From NCBI GenBank assembly GCA_037379345.1, contig CM074520.1, positions 3,782,001 through 3,846,000 of the forward strand: a stretch of 64,000 nucleotides of DNA, read 5' to 3'. The notes below the pieces were generated by a model. It had not been told where the DNA came from and made no database searches. It saw only the letters and a program-made list of their open reading frames with translations. Both the position numbers and the translations under genes were made by a program. This document shows, one piece after another, positions 40,504-54,270 of this stretch. This DNA is from Perna viridis (taxonomy: Eukaryota). How positions within the stretch are numbered: the first letter of the stretch is position 1; every line of letters begins with the position of its first letter.

Positions 40504-43500
40504 TGCTAAAGAAAATATAAGAATAATATTTATAATATACACAGCATGTGTATATGTATAGTGATGACTATTTAGATTTAAGTCAAGAAGTATTACCATA
40601 GGCACTTTTATTGGAACCCTTTCGCTAGTGGCTTCCCTAGTAACAAAAGGAAACAGATTTATATTATGTTTGTCAGTCTGTTACCTAAGGACTAATACAT
40701 GTATTTGAATGAACTCTCTTTAAGGAATGTTTCAAACTATATGACCACAGACTTGAATGTTGACCTTATGTCCAGACTGTTTTAGTCTGTTTTGTCTTTG
40801 ATGTATCAATTTGTCCTAATCTACCTGTATCATCTCTCCAGGTACAAGGTACATGTATGACCAACACCCTGACCAACAGAATGACAATATCTAATGACTC
40901 TAACCCCAAGATATTCACCATTATCATTAATTCTGCTTCCATTTTTTAAAAATGATAAACATCAACTAAGAAAACATATTGTCAGATTAAAGGCAGAATT
41001 GTGTTGTGAATATCTGTATTACCTTTAGGACAATCAGATAATGGTGTAGGTGACAAAGCGATCCCCTTGTCATGGTCAGAATTTTTTGTTTTGTCACTTT
41101 GTATGTACATAGTTTTCTAAGGGACAAAATTACCTCAGGATGTGACATAAATTATCTTATCAGAAGTAAAGTATTCATATTTATTACAAGTTTGACAGCG
41201 AAAAATTCACATTGATAGCATAATGGTAAACAAAGGGTATATAGTAAAATGGACTGGACTGAAAACTTTCTTATTGTTCTAATGTCCCTTTTTAAAATGT
41301 TTAATTGACATATATATAGTGAGTGAGGATAATCTTGCTTTGGTCATGTTAGAAATAAAAACTGATAGGGAGCTAGGATCATGAGCCTGTCCAGAAAATT
41401 ATTAAAAAGGGTTCTGATCTAGAAATTTATAAAAAGGGAGCTCTAGACTATCAGTTGCACATTTAATGTCCTATTTTGCACAAAATTAACAAAATTTTGA
41501 AAGTTGTAAGAAAGATTTATATCAAAAACAGAAAAATGTTAATATGCTGTTGTATAATTGATCCATTCTAAATTTACATCACTGTCCATTCCATACTATC
41601 TGCCCATGCATTAACATACTCCCCAACACAACCAGTAATGAAATATGGTCTATACCATAGCTTGCAAATTAAGCCAGATAAAGTCCTCAGTAATATAGCA
41701 TAATAGGTTTGAGGTCATTAGTGACTGGCTCACACCTTGGTAAAAGATATCATATGTTTATAAGGTTGTTGTGGTTTTTGTGGTGTCTGGCAAGATTTCA
41801 CATTGTGGTATGATTTTTAAAACATACCCCTGACCTGACATTTGAAAAATGATATGACAGTAACATTGTCATGGAGACCTCTCATTTTGAGGAAACAGGC
41901 CCATCTGTCTGCGTGCAGAATAAATGAAGGAAATTTGAAACCCATTATTATCTTGGGATCTATACTGAATATCCTCACACATACCAGATTAGATATTATA
42001 TAAAAGATTATGTAATATTGGAGTGATATGACATTTAAAACCAGTGACAAATCACTGTGGGTTCATCCTTAAAATTGTAATTAGTACCTTGAATGTTTAA
42101 TGACTGTATGAACCTAGATCCATCATTGCATAGATTTTTTATGTTCCTAGACATGTAGGACAAAATATTCAACTGAATAATGACAACACCCTCTTTAATT
42201 GGCATCCTTATATTGACAAGCATTGCCAGAGCTCATATGTCCTGTGAATGTTCTACATAGAAATCTATCACAATCAATACTGTCGTGACCAATCTATACC
42301 TCTGTTACCATATTATATTTAAAAAGAAATGGTAGAATGGTAGAAACATTCCATAATCAGTGAAAGCTTGTAATTTGTGCTGCAATATGATAATGAACTT
42401 GCTTGTATACATAATTTTATTATTTTCTTTATTGATACTTTAAGTATTCGTGAGAAACTATGTGCTGCTTGGTAAATGTATAACTCTGAGAAACCATGAT
42501 GTGTGCATATTTCTGGTTGAAGAATTCTTGCACACTGATGACCTATTGGGGACTTCTTTGGCATCATTTACAACTGATACCATTGTGTAAGACAGGGTCT
42601 TCAGTTTACCACAGCGGTAGATAGTGGTGTTTCCTGAGTTCATACATCTCTTTGTTGTCCTGGTTCTTGTTGACAAAGATGTCCGCTATGAAAGTTATTT
42701 ACAGGAAAACATGGTCATTTACAATCATTATAATAGTCTGATTTGTATATCCTGTCATGGGCAACCACAATATGGCGTGAAAGGGAAGTAGTCATTTAGG
42801 CTCATCCTAAAAATTTCTCTTGTGCATGGAGTAAAAAATTTGTGGCGCTATAAATATCTATTACGTTTGTTTGGTTTTCTGTCAGAACCTTAAAATGTTT
42901 TTATCCACAAGGAATGTTGTATAAGGAGATAGGTAAATTGTCAAAAATATCTAATTTGCATAGAGTGTGATAGTCTAAAAATAGAAATTATGTAAAACTA
43001 TATTTTGGTTGCATTAGAAAGTGTACGTAAAAAAAGGTCTTGTGGTAAATTACTGTGATTTTGGTTAGTGTTTGCCATTTTGGATGTTTCTTAAATACCA
43101 TGCATTTTCTTAAAACCTTGAATTGACTTGAATATAAGGTTTGACCAACCAAATATAAAGAGCCAAATTTTCCGATGAAATATCTTGATCTGGAAACAAA
43201 TGTCGATATAGTTAAATTCATCAACAAGCATTACTTGACTCAATGAAGATGAAGAAATGTTTAGTTACATTTCATCCATTAAAAGTCATGATCACTTTAA
43301 TTGAATTTTAATGAATTTCTGATTCCACATGGATTAAAACATACAAGTATGAAATTAAATTGACGCTGATTAAAGTAGTCAGTATAACCAGAAACTAACA
43401 ATGAGGTTTTTATTATGATTGGTTATGTTTGCATGCGAGCAGCCAATTCTATTTCTCACAGCTGTTCAGCTTAGATCTCAGATTAGAACTTAAAAGTTCA

Positions 43501-44285
43501 CTTCAGATGTAACAATTAGATGAACTACTCCAAATTTGTACCTTTATTTGAATTAAGTTCTCAATTTTAGCCATGTTTAATAAATTTTTTTAAATATTAA
43601 TCACTGCCTGCTAAGTTTTTTTTGGTGGGGGCAGGGGGGCTGACTGGCTGACTTGATTAAACAACAGTGACATCAACCTATGAAACTACATGCATGTATA
43701 TCATATTTACAGCTCTTTCCATCAATGTTTACTTTAAGCTTATTATGAAATCATTTTGGAGTATTGATCTGTTACAGATGGCAAATTTGCAGTTGCATAT
43801 AAGGTTTATTTATGATATAAAATAATTCATAGAACAATCAGAGTATAAAGTTAGGTATTGAAAACATGAAAACTTGGGACTCCTTTTTTATGTATATTTG
43901 ATCAGTCTACTTTTGCCCATTAAAATTTGTGATAATTGATGTCAGATTGTCTGAACTCTTGTAATTTTCGGATTAGGACAAAAATGCTTACTGCACACAT
44001 AACTTCTGTAACTTCTGAATTTACTGTAAGAATTTTTTTTGTCTTATTGATCATTGCAAAGTTCATATTACATGTAACAATTGTATCGATTCTGTAAGAA
44101 CTACAAGTAATCTATGGGTACAAATGTTTTATATTGTACTGTTTCATATCTATAACTGACATATTAATTAAGTCTCTGATTTCATAAGATCCCATAATAA
44201 CATGTAACAGGATCCACAGAAATTATTTAAATGTTTAACAAAAGACATGACCAATAATTATTACATTATACAGTTCATAAACATA

Positions 44286-44665
44286 ATTATATATAGGTCT
44301 TTCAAGTTCGACAGATAAAGTACTTCGTTTATAATTTTCAGATTTATGATGATTTAAAGATCTTTATGGCAAATTATCTCCCCTTTTATGATGCAAAGGA
44401 CAAGAAATGCACTGCTTGTAAAAATGTAGCATTCTTTATGTTAAATTTGTGAATGTTATTATATAGGTCTTATTTCTTACGAGTTACAGAAATATTAAAA
44501 ACTAGGTTAAGTATTGTTAAAAATATTAAATGATTAAAATCTAGATGGAAAATTATCTCCTCTTGTATAAATTGACAGATGAGATACAAAATTTTGCATG
44601 ACTAACGACAAGAAATGCACTGCATGTAAAAATGTAGCATTCTTTGTGTTCAAGTTTTATGATGT
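44286..44665 (+). repeat. Diverged tandem duplication (units of about 170-210 bp)
   Basis: Shared blocks atataggtctt, aaattatctcc and gacaagaaatgcactgcwtgtaaaaatgtagcattcttt in the same order twice. Confidence 0.75.
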
Positions 44666-47600
44666 AATGAATCAAATGAAACAAGGGCAGTTTGAACGAA
44701 TCATGAGTTCAAAGACATTCATTATTTGCTAGGTATGAAGAAGTTTGAATTATGTTGCATTAGAAGGCCTTCATTGCATAATCAGTCATGTAAGAATTTT
44801 GCTTAAAGACAACATGTAACTTAACTAGGTGATCTTTTGTTTTAATAATCAGACAGTCTAGAGAAGGAGGTGTTTTGGAGATTGGTCTTAAAGTTTTATG
44901 TGATTTAATTGCTCAGCATTCATTACTGTTCCTTTTTTTGTCCTTATACTCTGTACACTGTATTTAGAATGGCTTTGTTGGATTTTACAAAGGTACAATA
45001 TTTCATGGATTCTACATGAATTTCTCATTACTTTCACCTGAACCAAACAAATAGATAAAACAAATTTGTGACAGAGATTGCATGTAAGTCATATGATGCT
45101 TGATACATGTACACTTTTAAGTTTGGTTTTCGTAATCCTCAGATGAAAGAAAAAAAACCATACTGTTATATTGTTGAGTACACATGTAGTAGAACACATG
45201 TATCTGCCACTAATACATACATTTTCTGGTAAATTTATTTTATTTACAGGCCAAATGAGTTGAGTAATGGAACTTAAAGGAACTTGTTATCTTCACATAA
45301 TAACAATGATATTATTTATATTGGACACCTTTGATAATTTTTGTAGTCCCATAAATATTTTTTACACAAATCAGATTCAATTTACTTTTTAATGTCAAAT
45401 ATAAACTGGATAATTTGCATATTTTGTATTAATTTTAATGGTTTAACTTCTTTTAAGGGCTGAGTATTTGGTAATTAGCGGGTAGATGTTTGCCAGTGTA
45501 ATTGGATGTTATCGGAGTTCGTTAAATGTCAAAGTACTCCTTAAAAGGGGGTCAGTCATTTATATATGACATAATTAATGGAAGATTTTGTGTACTGATG
45601 ACATTAAGATAAATTTTCTCTTTTCACAGTGTTTAAGTTTGAAAGGTAGCTGACCTATTGGTCCATTGCTCAGATTTTAAAAAAATGGGTTCTGACATGA
45701 AAACAAACTACTGATAACTTCTATGAAAACTGTTGAATTATCCCAACCCTCTTTTTTTGTTCTGCTCATTATTAGTTTGTTCTTACTATCATCCTATTCA
45801 TTAACAAACTGAGTATGACATTAAACTCAAATCATTCTTAATATACCAAATAATTTTTTTTCTACTCATTTTGAAGTTTTGGAGTGCTCTGTAGAAAAAA
45901 ACATGTCATCAAATTGGCCATGACTTTTCTCTAATCATTTGACTGTATCTAATGTGTATTAACATTTCAATTTTGCAACAAAAAATCCAAAATATTGATA
46001 AAATAGAAAGCGTAAACAATATTCTCAGTTTTAGTGAATGCATGAGCAATAATGCACTAATAACACTATATAGTATAGAAGGATATATTGAATTGACTAT
46101 ACAAATAATATATTATCATTGAATGGGAAATATTTTAGATGAAATTGCATAGAATGTAATAAATGGCATCTCATAAAAGATTGTTAAATTAATTTTCCAT
46201 CGAACCATCAATCTTCAGTTAGAGGAAGCAGGGTGCTGCCAAATATTCTATAGTCACACCTTGATTAAAATGTAATAAAGTAGCATAGAATTTTAGGAAT
46301 GTCACCCCATCACCTTTCCTTGGACCAGTGTTCTTTATTGTATTGTATCTTTTCTATATAAGATCTACTTGTACAAATACTAAACTCAATCATAATAAGT
46401 AAACTTATTTGGTGAGTTAATGCATTATTATTTAAAGAAAGTACTGGATTAGTGGTGTTTACACTGGGCTAATAACTGTGGATTAACTTGATTGTTAGAA
46501 AGTTAAGCTGTCGGATTAGTCCCACCATTGTCTGTCAATAGTCAAGGCTTTCTATCTTCTGAAGGGGACCATAAAAGAATAACAGTTAAGTAGATATAGT
46601 ATTATGGATATAATCAGTCGTGACCGCAAAAGTGGTCTCCATGAGGTGATATCTGATAAATCTGTGTATTCCATCCTTTCTCGTGTAGTTTATGACTTAC
46701 AGTCTTTGTTTTAAATTGAAAGGTTTCTAAGGATAAACATATGTTTACATAGAAAGTCCCTTAACTGCAGTGCAAATGTCAGATTTGGTTTGGAATAGAT
46801 AGATGCTTGCATGAATAAGTCAGAGGTTACTTTCAATGATATCTGTTAAGTCCAGGATTTGAATAATATTTTGGAAATCTCCTCTGCAAAAAAATTGAAA
46901 TAGCTTAAAACCTCAGTAAGTATATGTACTTATTATTATAGTCATGTTTCTGTGGTTACTAAGTGTATTGAATATATGTACAAACAACAACTATGCCAGC
47001 TTCCTTATTAAAAAGTACATTTACAATTTATCTTATTTTGACCGCTCCTGTACTATGTTATAGAATATTTAAAAAAAAAATAATAACCATTAAAATATTT
47101 GTGGTATAACACTGCAGTGTGGTTTGCATGTGACAGTGCAGTAGTCTTTGTAGAAGGACATTTTGATGTCATATCAAATTCCTTATGTGGTTTTGGCACA
47201 CTAGTGTGATTTAGGAGACAGTAAACCACTGTGAATCTTGGGTACTTCTATGAGCAACAGATGTTGACAATACCACAGGACAGGTGCAGAGCAAAGTCAC
47301 ATTCCATGAACCCTTGACCTCAGGGTTCATAAGGGTCAATTGTCAATGGTGTACATTACTATGGAATTTATAGGATCATTTTATTGGTGGATGAATGGGA
47401 GTACACTTTAAAATGAATGAAATTTCTTTGGGAGTCATTTGATATGAAATCACTTTTATTGACCAGTTTCCATAAAATAAATATATAGTGGTCATTTTTG
47501 GTACATTTCTTATGGGTTTGTTCTTGGTGTATCTCTTCAGTGACCTAGTCACACAAATAGAATTATGTTGACCCTTTTTGTGTCTCTTTATGGTTTAAAC

Positions 47601-48814
47601 ATTTATCATGGCAGGGGTTCAAACATATTTATACCCCACACAACAGAGTGATATAATGTTTTGGACCTGTGTCTGTATGTCTATGTGTTCCTCACAACGT
47701 CTTGTCGCCTGGATAGCTCTTCCATTTTTTAACCCATGTCCTTTAATTAGTAGCTATGAAAAGTTGGATGGGATTTATTTTCATAGAAATCAGTAAAGGG
47801 GGACACAGTTATTGAGTTTAGGCTTGTTGCTTATATTTTAAGGGCCTCAGTTTCTTTTTACCGATTTCATTCAATCTTTGATCAATGTTCAGTACCTATA
47901 AAATCTTGAGTGAGATTGATTTCACAAAAATCAGTAAAGGGTGGCCACTTTTTATTTTGGTATAGGGACTTAATTTTTTTTAAATAGTGCAAATGTGTGC
48001 CCATATGATATTGTGAGCTTGTTCACTAAGATTCTTTAGTGTTAAGATTAAAAGGTCTTGGACTTGTTTGCATCCTGAACGAAAGATCCAGTAGAAGAAA
48101 ATGAAAGGGCCTCAGTGTAAATGTAAAGTATTCATGGTCTTCGACCTAAGGAAATGAAATTTCAATGAAACTTTGGACCAGTGCTGATTTGAACCCTATG
48201 AATCGTTTTCCTAAACTCAACCAACCATTACTAAATTTTCTGCTAGGGGTACCAGAACATGAGTATGTCAGCACAAAATTGGTTTTGTGATGCTGTCAAT
48301 ATTTAATACCAATTGAGGGAAGAATACAATAATGGACTCTATTTATCAAGTACCCAACACTTTTATACTGAAAGAGGATAATTATAGCCAATCCATTTAT
48401 CCCCCTACAATTATATCTCAACACCTGTTTACTTACCTGTCTGTTTCACACATTGGCTTTATCATCCATTGGTCAACAATTTGCTGATCCTTCAATCAGA
48501 ATATTTCATCCTATGGTCAATAATTTCTACTGTATTCATGCAAACAATCTTTAGGGTCACTGAGGAGTGTAAAACTAATGAGAGGTCAGAGGTTATGATC
48601 AAATATTTAGGTCCTGTGGTTGGTAAAAGTTGCTTTAATGGAGGATTGGTATTTTGGCAGGTGCTTGATTAATTGACCTTGTTATTTTATATCCTGGTAT
48701 GATTTTTACCATGCTCTGACACTGATGGTATCTTCAGCTTAATCTTTGACTAATTTTTGTGGACTTTATTTATTACTTTGATAGATTTAATTGAAGGTTT
48801 ATTTACTTGAGAAC

Positions 48815-48852
48815 ATGAAGGATATGGTTTGGTGTTATTTGGTAGCTGTTAG
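48815..48852 (+). CDS. Candidate alternative first exon (MKDMVWCYLVAV-S)
   Basis: aacATG start, strong AG|gtaagc donor, phase 2, in frame with 55968. No CpG patch. Confidence 0.3.
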
Positions 48853-49017
48853 GTAAGCACTTCTTACTATTTAATTTTAGTTGATATCAGAGAATGATGT
48901 ACTTTCTCAGTATCTATTCTATGTAGATATTGTATGAATATCTAAGTTTATGAGAAACATGGGTCTGAGATTGTCACTATGTGAATTACCTAGCTACCAG
49001 TAGAATATAAATAGTTA

Positions 49018-49159
49018 AAGCAGATTTTCCACAATTGATGGCTGCTCATAGCTCATACAGATTTCAAGTAGATTTTCAAGAATTGAGGGCTGCTCATAGC
49101 TCATACAGATTTCAAGCAGATTTTCAAGAATTGAGGGCTGCTCATAGCTCATACAGATT
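49018..49159 (+). repeat. 3 x 48-bp tandem repeat abutting retroelement copy D
   Basis: Unit aagcagattttcaagaattgagggctgctcatagctcatacagatttc at 49018, 49066 and 49114. Confidence 0.92.
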
Positions 49160-49307
49160 AGAATGTAATCCAGGGACAAAGACCAGACATGGAAAACAGA
49201 CATACACAACAAAGAACATAAAGTAACTAAAATCATACAAAGTAACAAAAGCAAATGAGCAACTCAGACTCCACTTAAAACTGGGAGTATGGACCAGGTG
49301 CACTGGT
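49160..49307 (-). mobile_element. Penelope-like element 3' UTR fragment, copy D
   Basis: Matches about 2702-2853. Lacks the terminal 38 bp and is truncated inside the structured motif. Confidence 0.82.
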
Positions 49308-52300
49308 CAAAACCACACATCGTTCTCTAGTGTTAGTGGCAAACACTTGCTTTTATCAGTCTTTTATGGTTGCTGAAGGAACTTTCAGAGAATAAATGTG
49401 AATAATAAAATTGTTGTCTGCAGCCCTTAGTGTTGGTATTCAAGGATCTGTTTGATTTGCTTTTGGTTTTTGACTTCAGCAACCTTGTCTAAAGACCACT
49501 TTGAATTGTTCTACACAAAAATGTTTAAAGATAACCTTGCAGGGTATAAATTCTTTTTCACCTAAACACTGAAAATACTACAAACTAAAACTTTTACCCT
49601 TTTACACAGTCTGTACTCTCCTTAGATAAAAGTACTGAAGCTCTACAGGTATCCTTGATCTTGTCACTGCCAGTCACAGGTGTAAAAATCTGATGTTAGC
49701 TTCAAAGTTTAGAGATGGCTGAAAAGTTGACACTTTATCAAAGACACTTCAGATAAACTTGTCAAAACAACTTAAGTCATTGTGTATAAATTAGCCTTAA
49801 ACATTTATCTCTAAATATCTATGTAATTTAATTTTAGATTTGTTCAAAGTCTGTCAGACAAAGTTTGGATTTTGCTGTGATACAATAAATTTTCAACAAA
49901 AGCAGTGCAGTGGGTTTTTATCAAAAAAGATTTCATCTGGTATGGGTTGCGATGCAGTAAAAATGTTATCAGTAAAAATTTTAGTTTTGTTGGCTTTTGT
50001 GTTATATAATTTTAGGTATTAGTTTTCAAATTTGTTGATCAAATAGCAGATTTCTTCTTTGTCTGTATTTGTATAGGAATCAGAAATATTTTATCGGACT
50101 ATTTTATAATATGTTATCACCTTTTGAACATAGAGCAATATAAAATAATCTATGACTCTTTGTTTGTGTTCCATATATCTTAATATTAAATCTTTAGTAT
50201 ACAGATGACTACCTCTGTCCTATATATACAGTGTTAACATCTATTATGTGTGCCAATTTCATATTTATACTTTTTGATCCTATAATAATTTATAACATGC
50301 CTTTAAATTGTCAGAGTTATTTCTACAGGTCAAAAGAGCAATTTGTTTAGTTATTGGTTGTAGAGGTCAAAATTGACATAAAATTTTAAGCTACCAATTT
50401 CAGAGGATGTATAATCATGAAGGTTTATTAGCATCGTCAGTTTGTGTGATTTGAAGTACTATTTGGAGTACCATGTGACACGGCATATTAATGTTTGTCT
50501 ATAGTCACTCCTTTTTTGTTTGATTTTGGAGACTTTGGGATAATGTGTTAGAAGACTGTTATGGTCACTACTTAATGTCTTTTTCTGGAGACTCGGGGAT
50601 AAATGTTGGAAGACTAGTGACATTTATTCATCTTTTGATCGGTTATTGATAACAGCTGTTGTTCTATATTAAGTCTTTGATACCTGGTGATGGCTATTTA
50701 TACAAAGGTCAGCATTTTTTTAAAATTTTACTTGTGTGTTTTTATACCTTTAGAGACAGGCTACTATACAGAGTTTATGGGTTTTTAATTGTTTCATAGT
50801 ATTTTAGAGTGGTAAACTTACATTGCTTTTTGGGATTTGTTTTTGGGGGGTATAAGTTGTTAGGTAATGGCCAAACATTTTCGAAGGAGAAAGAAAACAT
50901 AATTTTGTGCCTCCTGTCAATTTGTTGAAATTGACCATAACAAAGACCTTATTTTCAGTATTGCCTTTGTTATGACAACCTTTGTTAAGCCATAAATTGC
51001 CTAAATATTTTCATATTAAGAAATGACGGCCTTCAATTTTGCTCAATGTAATGGAAATACACATGTTGTTCTCTTAGATAATTGGAAAATGCAGGAGAAA
51101 GTTTGACGCTTGTCACTTTTTCTATATTTGGAGCTTTACATACTTTTTCATGCCTTTTGAGAAAGCATTAATCACTTTTACATTTCATTTAATTTCTTTT
51201 TTGAAACGAAAAAGAGTAATGAAGCACAGTGTTCTTTTGGTACAAAAAGGTGCCCTGTGCATACAATACATTTGTGAAAATTACTATATGAGCAGATTTT
51301 TTTAAAGTGATCAAGTGCAGTTGGATTAAAGGGTTAATAAGAGAGAGAAGGGATTAATTTAAATATTATAAAGTTCTAGATAAAGAACATTTTAATGCCA
51401 ATGTAATGAAAAAGGTGGAGTTCATGAAGTACGCAGGACATTAGAATGCCGTCCTCTTTTAAGCCCATTATCTTCATGGACCTTCATTATTGTATTACAT
51501 TAAAGACAGAAAATTGTAGTGAAATCTAAATTAAAGAGACTTTAATATATTTTCTGGACTGATGCATACTTATTAAATGGTAATGAAATTTGCCCATTAT
51601 TGAAATTAAGGATTTGAAAATGGCAAAAGTTTTGAAATTCATTGCTGACAGTAAATTCTCCTGTTGTAAATTGCATGCAGTTATGGATTTAAATGTTTTC
51701 AAAGATTCAAAATGATGTTTAATTTTGCCTGCAGACTAAGTGTGGTTTGACTTTCATTGCTATACAGAGGCCCTGTGCAAATAAATTTTTTGATACTTGT
51801 TTTAAAATGATATCTTAAAAACCTTACACCTATTGAATATGTGTTATCGTCAGATATCTTTAAGAAGTCATGTTATTAAAATAAGAAGAAAATGGACCAA
51901 AAATGTCTAGAACAAACAGTTTATAATAGACCCATTATACCTTAATGATCTATTCTAAAAATGAATGTTTTTTCGTAGATTTACTCTAAACAATATACTT
52001 AAAGACTTCAAACATTGAGTTGAGAGGTATTTTACTATAGGTAACATAAGGAGGATCTGTGGTGATTTGTCCTTGTTGAATGTCAGCTTGTGATATAATT
52101 GCTTGTAAGTTAGTGTGTAAATATTTTGGTCCTTTTGTGATTTTTGACATTGAAAGTTAAATAGAGCCTCTGGTCTTGTGAAATGAGATACACAGGTGTT
52201 CATGTCAGAGAAATTCTGGTCCACTTCATAGTCCCAAAGGCAAGGAATGAACACTCATGTAATTAAAAAACAATTGTAGATGTCTCTCAAAACATTTAGA

Positions 52301-52466
52301 ACATGAAAAAATAAATTACAGGGGCCAAGAAAAGGTTTGCTATATTCGATAACTAATATTTGGTTGTGAAAAATATGATTTAAAAGAATGTAATGGAATT
52401 TTTAATGTTACTGGTACATAGACTTTCATAAAATTTGGCAAGATTGTTTGAAATTAGAATCTACAT

Positions 52467-53540
52467 TGTGTTTACTGTAGTTTTCTTTAACCTTTGTTGG
52501 TAGTGTGTTTACTGAAGTTTTCTTTACCCACTGTTGGTAGTGTGTTGAATGTAAGTTTAGTTTACCCACTGTTGGTGGTGTGTTTACTGTAGTTTACTTT
52601 ACCCCCTGCTGGTAGTGTGTTTACTGTAAGTTTTCTTTACCCACTGTTGGTAGTGAGTTTACTGAAGTTTTCTTTACCCACTGTTGGTAATGTGTCTACT
52701 GTAAGTTTTCTTTACCCACTGTTGGTAGTGTGTTTACTGTAGTTTTCTATACCCACTGTTGGTAGTGTGTTGACTGTAAGTTTTCTTTATCCACTGTTGG
52801 TAGTGTGTTGACTGTAGTTTTCTTTACCCACTGTTGGTAGTGTGTTGACTGAAGTTTTCTTTACCCACTGTTGGTAGTGTGTTGACTTTACCCACTGTTG
52901 GTAGTGTTTTGACTGTAGTTTACTTTACCCACTGTTGGTAGTGTGTTGACTGTAAGTTTTCTTTACCCACTGTTGGTAGTGAGTTTACTGAAGTTTTCTT
53001 TAGCCACTGTTGGTAGTGTGTCTACTGTAAGTTTTCTTTACCCACTGTTGGTAGTGTGTTGACTGTAAGTTTTCTTTACCCACTGTTGGTAGTGTGTTTA
53101 CTGTAAGTTTTCATTACCCACTATTGGTAGTAAGTTTTCATTACCCACTGTTGGTAGTGTGTTTACTGTAGTTTTCTATACCCACTGTTGGTAGTGTGTT
53201 TACTGTAAGTTATCTTTACCCACTGTTGGTAGTGTGTTTACTGTAGTTTTCTATACCCACTGTTGGTAGTGTGTTTACTGTAAGTTATCTTTACCCACTG
53301 TTGGTAGTGTGTTTACTGTAGTTTTCTTCACCCACTGTTGGTAGTGTGTTGACTGTAAGTTTACTTTACCCACTGTTGGTAATGTGTTTACTGTAGTTTA
53401 CTTTACCCACTGTTGGTAGTGTGTTTACTGTAAGTTTTCTTTACCCACTGTTGGTAGTGAGTTTACTGTAAGTTTTCTTTACCCACTGTTGGTAGTGTGT
53501 TTACTGTAGTTTTCTATACCCACTGTTGGTAGTTTGTTTG
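52467..53540 (+). repeat. Minisatellite, about 28 x 37-38 bp
   Basis: Unit tgtgtttactgt(a)agttttctttacccactgttggtag, highly homogeneous. Confidence 0.97.
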
Positions 53541-54046
53541 CTTATTTATGTTATTGTTTTCACATTCTTTCATGCTGTTTTAACATTAACAAGCAATGTA
53601 GCAAACATCAAGGAACCCTGCTAAGATCTAATAAATTGTTTTGGTGATAAATTTACCTGCACCCAGGTATGACATTTTAAACATCATTACACATGTAAAT
53701 ACTTGAAGGAGTTTGACTTATCAAGAATTAATTAAGTGTTAATGTATTTAAGAATAACAGTGTGTGAATAAGTAGCTGACACTAAATATTTGATGAACCA
53801 ACAGATGGAGTAACACACTTTCTTCTTAGTAATATTTTTCTTATCAAATAGTTACTGAATTTATAAACTTTTCATAGTATCCAGTCTTCAGGGTTTTATG
53901 AAAATTTTGTGTTAGAAGTTTTTACAATAATTTTTAGTTCAAAAGTTTTGTATGAAAAGAACACTTTCATATAAACTACTGACTCGGACTGAGAATCTAA
54001 TCAAATCTGTCTACTTATGACCATGTGATAGTAATAATTCTAGTCT

Positions 54047-54270
54047 ATGCAGTTCTTTATTGAAAGACCTTTTCAGATAAATTGCAAAGAATTTAACAAG
54101 ACTTTCAAAAGATCAAAATTCTGCCCTTGTGATAACATCAATATATGCAGTGTAAATGTTTGTAAACACCTGTCAAATCGGTATGGAAGGAAGGACAAAA
54201 ATAGGCTGGACACAGGGTCTCCCTTCCTGATACCTTTATTTACATTTTATAAATCATTGTCACTTGCTAC
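54047..54270 (+). CDS. Candidate alternative first exon, 74 codons, Cys-containing (MQFFIERPF...SLSLA-T)
   Basis: ATG ORF stays open for 74 codons and ends at AC|gtaggt one base before its stop. Phase 2, in frame with the giant exon 1.7 kb downstream. Confidence 0.38.

Noticed and set aside
52467-53540. CRISPR-like array (37-38 bp period)
   Set aside because: Units are contiguous with no unique spacers, there are no cas genes, and the context is a eukaryotic intron.
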